DNA of 45,201 nt from a virus (Duplodnaviria; Caudoviricetes). Of the stretch, positions 15,065-23,871 are shown piece after piece (position 1 is the stretch's first letter; each line of letters opens with the position of its first letter). Below the pieces are notes generated by a model, which saw nothing but the letters and a program-made list of their open reading frames with translations, searched no databases and was not told the DNA's origin. The stretch is taken from positions 1-45,201 of the IMG/VR virus record IMGVR_UViG_3300024054_000550; one strand, written 5' to 3'. A program made the position numbers and the translations under genes.

Positions 15065-16756
15065 TCACCTATAAACGGAAAGATTAATGTTTTCTGCACT
15101 ATAAAGGGATGCATATGAAACACAGATACATTTGATAGAAGTTGTTGTCCTACTTTCCTGTGAAATGCCTCTATTTCCATATGAGTCATACGTCACCGAT
15201 AAAGGATTCAAAGCCGAATCGTACACACTACCGAATCCTGCCGACCCGCTAATAGAATATGAAGTGTCTGGCATCGCGGTTGCCATGTTTAATCTGTAAA
15301 CACCACCTGCGAGATAAGTGATGCTCGACACGTTTCCGCTTGCTCTTATGTTTGCATTATTACCATCGAAATTCACCCAAGCACGGCATGCATAAACTGG
15401 AGCAGATCCAGTTGCATTAAATGCTTCACGAATACCGAGAGGATCAACTGCTTTATTTTCAATCGTTCCAGCCACATTTTCAGCAGAAGATGAGAAGGTT
15501 ACAGCCGCGGGAATTAAAGCTACTGTTTCAGCTTTCGTATAAACCTCAGCTTTTGTATATGTATTCTCAATATAGAAAGTAGTGAATGTAATTACTTGCA
15601 ATTCTGAATTTACAGTTGCTGGAACATTTAAAACAAAACTATTCCCAGTTGTAGCTGTATAATCATCACCTGGTCGCAATATAACTCCGTTCAAAGAAGC
15701 AATTATTGCTCCAGGAATATAACTAAATGCTGCATTATTTGCATCATTACCAGAGAATGTAGTCTGACCTGCTGTTGCTACGAACTCAAATGTTTTAATT
15801 GAACTGCCAGTAACACCAGCTTGTGCATATGCTTGCCATGTAGTTCCATCATAGGTAAACTGGACAGTTACACCTCCGATATTCATGATCATATCTTCGG
15901 CAACACTACAGATAGTAGAACCATTTCTACTAACGGTAAGGTTATTATTTACCCAATTACCACCATCGGCAATAACTACAGTATCACCAAGTACCGGTGT
16001 AGCAGGAAGTGTAATAGTGAAAGCACCGCCAGTAGTATCAGCAATAATTTTTTGGTTCTTAACAGCTGTATAGTTTGCTGTTTTGCGAACATATGTAATA
16101 TCATCAACAGAACTTGAATGGATCTCTACATAACCAGAACCTTTCCATCTGTATATATTGTTTGTATCTAATGCTACATAAATCTTGCCTGATTCTCCCG
16201 TTCCAGGAAATCCAGCTAAGTTAGCAAATTCAAGAATATCTTTAACATATGATGGTAATCTAGCAGCATCAATTACACCAGATACAATCTTAGATGCATC
16301 AATATTGGTTGATGGTAATCTAGCAGCATCAATTACACCAGATACAATCTTAGATGCATCAATTGAACTTGTACTGATAGATATATAACTAGAACCACTC
16401 CATCTGTATGTATTATTTGTATCTAATGCTACATAAATCTTTCCAGACTCTCCTGTTCCAGGAAATCCAGCTAAGTTAGCATATTCAAGAACATCATCAA
16501 CATATGATGGTAATCTAGCAGCATCAATTACACCAGATACAATCTTAGATGCATCTAAACTTAAATTAGGTTCTTTAGTAAATGAAACTGTGCCATTATT
16601 CAATGTCATAGCTGCATTGAATTGGTCAGCAAACGTATTATAAATTCCGGCTATCTGTTTAATTGGTCTGTTCAGAACAACATCTTCTGCCCATTCACCA
16701 TTTGAATACCAGTCGACATTTGTTTCTGGAAGTTGATTTATATTAATTTTTTCCAT
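15065..16756 (-). CDS. tail fibre protein (copy A)
   Basis: VLNRP N-terminal anchor, internal repeats, C-terminal CRAWVNFDG domain. Confidence 0.8.
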   Translation of the reverse strand: MEKININQLPETNVDWYSNGEWAEDVVLNRPIKQIAGIYNTFADQFNAAMTLNNGTVSFTKEPNLSLDASKIVSGVIDAARLPSYVDDVLEYANLAGFPGTGESGKIYVALDTNNTYRWSGSSYISISTSSIDASKIVSGVIDAARLPSTNIDASKIVSGVIDAARLPSYVKDILEFANLAGFPGTGESGKIYVALDTNNIYRWKGSGYVEIHSSSVDDITYVRKTANYTAVKNQKIIADTTGGAFTITLPATPVLGDTVVIADGGNWVNNNLTVSRNGSTICSVAEDMIMNIGGVTVQFTYDGTTWQAYAQAGVTGSSIKTFEFVATAGQTTFSGNDANNAAFSYIPGAIIASLNGVILRPGDDYTATTGNSFVLNVPATVNSELQVITFTTFYIENTYTKAEVYTKAETVALIPAAVTFSSSAENVAGTIENKAVDPLGIREAFNATGSAPVYACRAWVNFDGNNANIRASGNVSSITYLAGGVYRLNMATAMPDTSYSISGSAGFGSVYDSALNPLSVTYDSYGNRGISQESRTTTSIKCICVSYASLYSAENINLSVYR

Positions 16757-16789
16757 AATATGTTATCTAATATATTCAACAAAAGTTAA

Positions 16790-17401
16790 TCAGAAAATTA
16801 TTGACCAGACAATTTCAAATTTAACTGTATTTTCTTTAACTCTAGCTGGGAATGTTTTCATGCTAAAAATATCGTCACCACAATAAAGAGCAGCTTCTGT
16901 AAATGCTAAAGGAACTCCAATAGATGAACTATTAGCATTTTGAGATTCAATAGTAATAGTATATGTGACTGTTCTTTCCGAAACAACTCGTCTAACGGTA
17001 TTTCCGGTTTGAATAGAACCTGTTGTTCCAGCTTCCGTTAAAATACCGCTAACAGGAATAGTAATATCATCTGCACCGTATGGGTCGAATGATAATTTAT
17101 AGAATGTACTATTAGCTGTTTCTGAAAATAATTTTGATAATGTTGAATCAAACCCATCAGAACCAACCTGTTTTGGAGTTAATATATTTGTTACATGTCC
17201 TTGTGTTCCTAGAACAAATGTATCAATTGGTCTGCCTTGATTTGTACTTGCCGATGTGATCCCACCGATTAACTGAGCCATATTATTTCTGGCTTTATCC
17301 ATGATAAGATTTTTTTCTTCATATTCTTCTACAGAACCATCCGCGTGGAAAGCCTTAAATGAGAATTTTCCAAAAAAATCAATTTTATCGTTTAAAATCA
17401 T
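16790..17401 (-). CDS. baseplate / fibre-attachment protein
   Basis: KNLI, TEAALY, F.MKTFP..K...F.IVW.I.F pattern; TATAAATA at 17426-17433. Confidence 0.6.
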   Translation of the reverse strand: MILNDKIDFFGKFSFKAFHADGSVEEYEEKNLIMDKARNNMAQLIGGITSASTNQGRPIDTFVLGTQGHVTNILTPKQVGSDGFDSTLSKLFSETANSTFYKLSFDPYGADDITIPVSGILTEAGTTGSIQTGNTVRRVVSERTVTYTITIESQNANSSSIGVPLAFTEAALYCGDDIFSMKTFPARVKENTVKFEIVWSIIF

Positions 17402-17442
17402 TTTATTTCCTTAAAAGTTTTTACTTATTTATAATATTGGAG

Positions 17443-18810
17443 TGTAAAACCGCACTATCTTCAGTCGTGCGGATGTAAGCGAATACATCATTATTTAGCA
17501 ATTTATTTTGATATATTTATAAATATAAAATATGAAACAATTTCTTGCTTACAAGTACAGGATTTACCCAACAGAGGAACAGCAAGTTCTTCTGAATAAA
17601 ACCTTTGGCTGTAAGAGGTATGTGTACAATCATTACCTGAATGAACAACAAGAAAGATACAAGAATAAAGAGAAACATCTTTCTCACTTTGATATTAATA
17701 AGGACATAACTAATCTCAAGAAAACAAATAAGTGGTTAAAAGAGGTTGATTCTATTGCATTACAAGCGGCAGCAGAGGATTTATCTGTTGCATATGTTAA
17801 TTTCTTCAAGTCAATAACTGGTAAAAGGAAAGGATCGAAAATAGAACTACCTAAGTTCAAGAATAAACATTCGAGACAGTGTTATAGAACCAGAAGTGTC
17901 AGAGTAAATGAAGATGGAACTTTGTATATACCAAAACTTAAATCAGTTAAAGCAGTTATACATAAACCGATACCTGATAATGCAATAATCAAATCAACAA
18001 CAATATCAAAAAATTCAGATGGAAGGTATTATGCTTCTATCTTAGTAGAAACAGAAGTACAATTACAGCCAATGACTGGAAAGGAAATTGGTTGCGATTT
18101 AGGTCTTAATGATCTCTTGATCACAAGTAATGGACTAAAATTCAAGAGTCCAAATAAACTAGAAAACATCGTGAAAACCAAGCGATTGTTGAAAATTAAA
18201 CAAAAGCAGTTCGCAAGAACTATCAAAAGCAGTAAAAACCACGAAGCTCTTCGCCTACAAGTAGCACATCTCTACTCAAAAATCACAAGACAGAGGAATG
18301 AGTACTATCATTTAATCAGCAGGTACTTAGTTGATAACTATGATTCTATTTATCTTGAGGATTTAGCAGTTAAGAACATGTTACAGAACAGGAAATTGAG
18401 TAGAGTCATACATGAAACAGCATGGTCTACATTAATAGAAATGATTGCATATAAAGCAGGTTCTGCTGGCAAAGTATTCCATCAAATCAATCGGTTCTAT
18501 CCGAGTTCAAAAATATGTTCAGGATGTGGTCACACACTTCAGAAACTTGATCTTGGAATAAGAACATGGGTTTGTCCTAACTGTGGTGAAATACATGATC
18601 GAGATCACAATGCTGCAAAGAATGTGCTCAAGGTTGGTCAAAATGACTGTTATGGAGAAAGAATAAAGTCACATGCAATAGGTGACTTGGAATTAATGAT
18701 TCCAATGGCTTTACAGAAAATGACTAGTAAAATCGAGAGATCTGGTATATACTTGCCAGTTAGTCATGGGAGTGAGCAAGCTACACAATCTTTGGTTGTG
18801 TAGTAGTTGA
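17443..18810 (+). mobile_element. IS200/IS605-family tnpB-only element
   Basis: Left hairpin CCGCAC-TATCTTCAGTC-GTGCGG, right hairpin CTACACAATC-TTT-GGTTGTGTAG then TAGTTGA; removal restores the host reading frame; ends uncertain by about 1 nt. Confidence 0.85.
17532..18803 (+). CDS. tnpB: RNA-guided nuclease TnpB
   Basis: YKYRIYP HTH, RuvC GCDLG / LEDL / DRDHNAA intact, CxxC...CxxC zinc finger. Confidence 0.95.
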   Translation: MKQFLAYKYRIYPTEEQQVLLNKTFGCKRYVYNHYLNEQQERYKNKEKHLSHFDINKDITNLKKTNKWLKEVDSIALQAAAEDLSVAYVNFFKSITGKRKGSKIELPKFKNKHSRQCYRTRSVRVNEDGTLYIPKLKSVKAVIHKPIPDNAIIKSTTISKNSDGRYYASILVETEVQLQPMTGKEIGCDLGLNDLLITSNGLKFKSPNKLENIVKTKRLLKIKQKQFARTIKSSKNHEALRLQVAHLYSKITRQRNEYYHLISRYLVDNYDSIYLEDLAVKNMLQNRKLSRVIHETAWSTLIEMIAYKAGSAGKVFHQINRFYPSSKICSGCGHTLQKLDLGIRTWVCPNCGEIHDRDHNAAKNVLKVGQNDCYGERIKSHAIGDLELMIPMALQKMTSKIERSGIYLPVSHGSEQATQSLVV

Positions 18811-21012
18811 CATTTGACCCCATGCAGAATAATTATTATCCTGAAGAAGAACATTATTTCTGTAAACACCAAAACCAAAATAAGATTCTAATGGCTCGTT
18901 TCCAGATATATCAAAATTGCTTACGATTAATTCATCTGATATAATATCTTCAAAATAGTATTCAGATTCGTTATTTACAGTTTTACATAAAAATGGTTCT
19001 GATGTAACTGTATATTCATCAGATTCGCTATTTACAGTTCTGAATGAATATGATTCTATTAATTCACTATCAGATATATTAAAGTTACCTATATATATTT
19101 CACTAGATATATCAGATGCAAAATACTCGTCAGATTCAAAAGAACTTATTTTATTATTAAATATTTCAGGCAAATAGCCTTCTAAAATGAACTCATTTAT
19201 CTTAGCGTTCCGACCTAAAGTATTATGTCTATAAAAATCTTTTGAATCATAACTATTTGAAAAAGTTATCAAAGAATCATTTAATTCTTCATTTTCATCT
19301 ATATAAGTGAGAACACTTTTTTGTTCTATTTCATCTGTAGTAAAGAATTGTAAATTAACTGATTCGTAATTGACTTCAGTTTCAATATAGAATTCTGGAG
19401 AAGTTAATCCAGCTATATATTTTTGATTATCATATATTGAATCAAAAGAATATCCTATTCTGAATTTATTAACCCGTTTATTCTTACCTATTGGTACTCT
19501 TTTTATTTTCTTAAATCTTTCTGAATAACATATGAACCAATCACCTATGAATTCAAATATACCGGACCCAATTTCATTCAAACAGTTAGTTCTTAAATCT
19601 ACTAAATTACCATTGAAATCGATGAATTCATCTTTATTTCCTACAATCTCATAAAGAATACCAGTTCCAGTTAAATCTATAGAATGTGTTTCATTAGAAT
19701 ATTCTTTAGCGAAGTACTCAGCGTTATGGGTATTCTGCTCGTTGTACTGTTCAACTGTTATGTTCTGATTATTAACTCTTAATGATTCTACAGTATCTGT
19801 ATAATGAATTGGTTCAGTACCCAATAAATTACCAAAATTATCGAAAACCTGAACGTTTTTCTTGTACTTACCAAGAAGTATTTTTATATCAGCTAAGCTT
19901 GATGGTGAATAATAATTCTCTTGTCTAGATCCAGAAATAGAACCATCTTCATTTCTAAGATAATTCATCCCTGTTTCATATCCTGATGAATTAGAATTGA
20001 ATGAACTTAATCTTGGAACAGAATCACCAAATGTTCTATAATCTTTGAATGCTGTGTTTTCAATTAATGACGATCTGAATGTAAAATTGTACTCAAAATA
20101 AATTGAACATTGATCTTCGAAAGCCTCAATAATAGTATCAGTACCATTATTTACCGATTGTTTGTAATAGACCTTAGTTTGACCAGTATTAGTTGTTACT
20201 TGTTCAAGATATGTACAATTAAGATTACCTATTTCTGTACCATCTTTAAAATATATTCTCTTTTTTCTATTTTTTCCCTCGTAAATCGATTCTATAGAAT
20301 GTACTGTTCGCAGATTTCCATTTGAGTCATATAAAAAATCTCTTGAATATGTGCTTCCAGTACCCTTAAGACATCTTATTTCTAAAATAGATGTATCATA
20401 AATGAAACTTGATTCAGGATAAAAATCCTCGAGTAATAATCTAATTATTCTTTCATATGTGAATGTAAAACCTAATGGATGAGCTAATGGTCTAACTATG
20501 TTCTCATAAAATAGTTCATTCATAGAACCTTTAATTTTGAAGTTAAATGGCTCTTTTTCTATTAGTGTGAATGGATAAGGTGAAACTTCATTTGTTTCAA
20601 TTAAAGAAAGTACTAATTCATATATGTACTCTATGGCGCTAGTTGTGCCTTTATTTTCCTTGAATGATTTTATTGAAAGGAAGTGCTCTTCATTAATATA
20701 AGAAACAAAATCAGCTAGTATATTTTTCTTATAGTACTCTGTACCGTAAAAGGCGTTTGTTTTTTCTATTAATTCATCTATAGATTGATTGAATTGAATC
20801 TGTTTGAAAACGGTGTACAGATCATCAAGATATATTTTGATTAATTCTTCTTTTATTCTTGTATTTTCAAATGCATTTCTAATATCGATACTTTCTTTAG
20901 AAAGTTCTTCAAGAATTTCTATAAAAATATCCATTTGATCCCTAACAACAGGGATGTTTTTGATATTATCAGGCGTTATTGCACTGAAAATTTCTTTGAT
21001 ATTATTTTGCAT
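18781..21012 (-). CDS. baseplate wedge protein (gp7-like)
   Basis: KGT..AIEY and LAHPLG motifs; follows gp6. Confidence 0.65.
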   Translation of the reverse strand: MQNNIKEIFSAITPDNIKNIPVVRDQMDIFIEILEELSKESIDIRNAFENTRIKEELIKIYLDDLYTVFKQIQFNQSIDELIEKTNAFYGTEYYKKNILADFVSYINEEHFLSIKSFKENKGTTSAIEYIYELVLSLIETNEVSPYPFTLIEKEPFNFKIKGSMNELFYENIVRPLAHPLGFTFTYERIIRLLLEDFYPESSFIYDTSILEIRCLKGTGSTYSRDFLYDSNGNLRTVHSIESIYEGKNRKKRIYFKDGTEIGNLNCTYLEQVTTNTGQTKVYYKQSVNNGTDTIIEAFEDQCSIYFEYNFTFRSSLIENTAFKDYRTFGDSVPRLSSFNSNSSGYETGMNYLRNEDGSISGSRQENYYSPSSLADIKILLGKYKKNVQVFDNFGNLLGTEPIHYTDTVESLRVNNQNITVEQYNEQNTHNAEYFAKEYSNETHSIDLTGTGILYEIVGNKDEFIDFNGNLVDLRTNCLNEIGSGIFEFIGDWFICYSERFKKIKRVPIGKNKRVNKFRIGYSFDSIYDNQKYIAGLTSPEFYIETEVNYESVNLQFFTTDEIEQKSVLTYIDENEELNDSLITFSNSYDSKDFYRHNTLGRNAKINEFILEGYLPEIFNNKISSFESDEYFASDISSEIYIGNFNISDSELIESYSFRTVNSESDEYTVTSEPFLCKTVNNESEYYFEDIISDELIVSNFDISGNEPLESYFGFGVYRNNVLLQDNNYSAWGQMSTTTQPKIV

Positions 21013-21024
21013 TCTTCAGTTAAC

Positions 21025-23067
21025 TTAGTTAAAACTAACTTGTTTAAGTCTAGGAATAGTATTTCTTGTGAACGGAATATTCTTAGATGGATAATTCACA
21101 TTTAATTTTAAACCACTAGTTGATTCATCTATTGACCCATTTAGACCCTTAATGCTGAATACAAATGGAGGAATTCCAGTTGTATAACCACTCGTATAAC
21201 TCTTTACCGATGTATCTCCAGTTATAACAAATAGCGTTATTTCTATATCTTGATAGTTCTTATTGAATATCTTATAAGAACCAATTATCATATCATCAGA
21301 TGCGCTAACACCAGAATTTCCGGTTATTTTTATATCAAAAGACGTTATTCCTTCAGAAGCATCAAAAGTACTCGTTGTTTTATCCGTATAGATTTTTTTA
21401 GCTCCGACGACATTCGGTGTATCTATATCTGGCATATTCCCAGTTATGATTGTTCCATCAGAATTAAATAATCCTTCGAATGGAATTCCTAAATGTATTT
21501 TAGCAGATGAAAATGTTTGATTATTTAATGTTTCGGTATTGATGTGTTTTTCTAAAAGAATAATAGATGTTTTCAAATCCAAATCAACACCAATGTTATC
21601 GGTTAGCTTTGAGTCGATTCTTTTTATTAAATTAGACTGGAAGTATTCAAAATTAAAAGATTCAACCATTTTTGATGAATCAGTATCTGTACTAAAATAA
21701 TTATCTATAACATTAAATACATTCTGATGTATAACTGCTTTTGATACATTAATATTGTACCTTGATATTTTTACATCATATTCAAAATCAAAATAAACTG
21801 GGTGTCTATGTAAGTATTTTAATGTTGGAATTCTATATTGTTCTAAATCTAAATATAATTTAGATATTTCTTCGTCTTTTATGAAGAACTTATTTAGTGA
21901 AACATCATATATATTCTGAAGTTTCCATGAACTAGAAGGTAATGTGAAATTTACGAATTCTCTTGGGGCTGAAGTTGGAGTAAAAGAAAACCAAATATTC
22001 CCTGGTATTCTAGGAAATTCTCTATTGCCATCCCAAACTTCAGTTTTATTTACAGAAAGATTTCTATTAGCAAATGCAATATAATCAGATTTTGTAACAA
22101 CTCTATTAGCTGAGTTATGATACATTACCGCGTTAGTTTTTATGTTCTCTATATTTTCTTCTTCTGTTCCAGAAATTAATAATTCATATCCAAGAACAAT
22201 ACCATCAGTCATTGATACCAAATCTGAAGTTATAGCACCTAATGAACCATTGCTCCTGAGAATGTTCATTTGAACAATTGAGCCAGAACGAATTTCCTTT
22301 CCGACATCACCAAGTTTAAAATGAACTCTAGGAGTACCATATGATATATTATCAAGTCTAATATATTCTTTATTAGTTACCGTATCGGAATCAATCATGA
22401 ACTGTTTTGTTCTAGTCCATTTTTCCTGCTCAAAGAACGTTCCATTTTCATCGTAATATGTTAAAAATAATTCTATACCATAAGTATCTTCAACATTGGT
22501 AAATGGAATATCTACATAATTCTGATTTTTCCATGTTTTAGTTCTATAATCGTATATTTGTTCTATCAAAATTGAAAGAACATCAGGCTCGTCGACGAAC
22601 TTATGAAGTTCACCCTCAACTACTACTATATCGACATCTTTATATCCTGGAACATTATTAGAAATTGGGGGAACAACAATATTGTTAATTGTATTATCTA
22701 GATACCAATATGTGTAATTTCCTGAAAAGAACGGTGTATATTTATCAATCTTTTTAGTTATTTGAGCATCTGTTCCATTAAAGAATCTTATTCTTACCTT
22801 GTATTGAAACGATTGTGTGTGAACAATTTCATAACCAAGAATTCTTGCATCTTGAAGAACATTATTTCTCTTTCTTGCTAATGATAGAAGTGTTTCATTG
22901 ATATTAACGGCTGTATTAGCATTAAGCATGCTAACTAAATAAGACATGGCTGTAACCAATTGCATGGTATTTGAGCCTTCTTGAATGTCATAGCCTTTAG
23001 CAACGAATTTGTTAGAAATATTACTATAAATTTCGTTGAAATTGAATGGAATTGTTTCTTTAATCAT
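21025..23067 (-). CDS. gp6: baseplate wedge subunit gp6
   Basis: EGSN, A.KR.NV...A..LGY, NRVVT..DY. Confidence 0.88.
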   Translation of the reverse strand: MIKETIPFNFNEIYSNISNKFVAKGYDIQEGSNTMQLVTAMSYLVSMLNANTAVNINETLLSLARKRNNVLQDARILGYEIVHTQSFQYKVRIRFFNGTDAQITKKIDKYTPFFSGNYTYWYLDNTINNIVVPPISNNVPGYKDVDIVVVEGELHKFVDEPDVLSILIEQIYDYRTKTWKNQNYVDIPFTNVEDTYGIELFLTYYDENGTFFEQEKWTRTKQFMIDSDTVTNKEYIRLDNISYGTPRVHFKLGDVGKEIRSGSIVQMNILRSNGSLGAITSDLVSMTDGIVLGYELLISGTEEENIENIKTNAVMYHNSANRVVTKSDYIAFANRNLSVNKTEVWDGNREFPRIPGNIWFSFTPTSAPREFVNFTLPSSSWKLQNIYDVSLNKFFIKDEEISKLYLDLEQYRIPTLKYLHRHPVYFDFEYDVKISRYNINVSKAVIHQNVFNVIDNYFSTDTDSSKMVESFNFEYFQSNLIKRIDSKLTDNIGVDLDLKTSIILLEKHINTETLNNQTFSSAKIHLGIPFEGLFNSDGTIITGNMPDIDTPNVVGAKKIYTDKTTSTFDASEGITSFDIKITGNSGVSASDDMIIGSYKIFNKNYQDIEITLFVITGDTSVKSYTSGYTTGIPPFVFSIKGLNGSIDESTSGLKLNVNYPSKNIPFTRNTIPRLKQVSFN

Positions 23068-23080
23068 TTATGTTGTTCAA

Positions 23081-23425
23081 TTATGTTAAACTAAGAGAAA
23101 CAGTAGATGTTTCATATTCTGATATATCTTTATATGAAAATGTTATAGAAACTATAAGTTTATTAAATGCTTCTTCTTTTTTCAGTTCTATATCTTGAAT
23201 ATCTATTCTATCTTCGAATTTATTTAAAGCTTCAAAAACGAAGTTTTTAGCTATTGTTTCAGTTAAAGAATCTAATGGGGCAAAAACTATTTTATAAAGA
23301 TTACTTCCAAATTCTGGTTTTCCTGGTAGCGAACCAATCGGTGTTAATAAAATGTTCTTAATGCTATTTTTAATTGCGTCGACACTTTTGACAATACCAG
23401 TGTTAGAATTCAAATCTTTATACAT
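23081..23425 (-). CDS. gp25: baseplate wedge / sheath initiator gp25
   Basis: AIKNSIKNILLT..G..P..PEFGS, FEDRI. Confidence 0.92.
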   Translation of the reverse strand: MYKDLNSNTGIVKSVDAIKNSIKNILLTPIGSLPGKPEFGSNLYKIVFAPLDSLTETIAKNFVFEALNKFEDRIDIQDIELKKEEAFNKLIVSITFSYKDISEYETSTVSLSLT

Positions 23426-23449
23426 TTGTGCAATTTCCTAATTTATTCG

Positions 23450-23523
23450 TCGATTGCTATATAATTAAAGATCATGTAATTTGCTCACTTCCATTAACAA
23501 TTGTTTAACATTTATTATTTATA
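23450..23523 (-). mobile_element. degenerate mini-derivative of the tnpB element (1)
   Basis: TATAAATA...AAACAATT then GGAAGTGAGCAAATTACATGATCTTTAATTATATAGCAATCGA, similar to 18768-18810. Confidence 0.7.
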
Positions 23524-23581
23524 TTTGATTGAAAGCCACATGATTCTTTAGATATTTAAAAGTTCACATTTCAAAACTTAG

Positions 23582-23869
23582 TTATCCTCCAGCGAAAACA
23601 TTTTCTGAACCTGTTGCAACTTCCGAACCGCAATCTACTGGATCACCTACTCTACCACATGGTAAACCATTGATAAAAACTGTTCCTGAGCCACCAGCTA
23701 ATTCTCCACCATGACACGCTGGACCGCAGCAATGAGATTCCCAAGCATCACCAAGTCTATGAACTGGGATACCATTAACGAAAACATTTTCTGACGCTGT
23801 TACACTAGCTCTTGAACCAAAGCATCCATGGCCTGTACATACATCTCCAAGTCTAGTTATTGCTGGCAT
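23582..23869 (-). CDS. PAAR spike-tip protein (gp5.4-like)
   Basis: RLGD..GH, VFVNG.P..RLGD, CGS...GS.NVF. Confidence 0.95.
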   Translation of the reverse strand: MPAITRLGDVCTGHGCFGSRASVTASENVFVNGIPVHRLGDAWESHCCGPACHGGELAGGSGTVFINGLPCGRVGDPVDCGSEVATGSENVFAGG

Positions 23870-23871
23870 TT

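Noticed and set aside
15065-16756. Diversity-generating retroelement target
   Set aside because: No reverse transcriptase and no TR/VR pair with adenine-specific differences; the shared sequence is N-terminal.
17443-18810. IStron (self-splicing tnpB element)
   Set aside because: Element is antisense to the host gene and has no room for a group I core.
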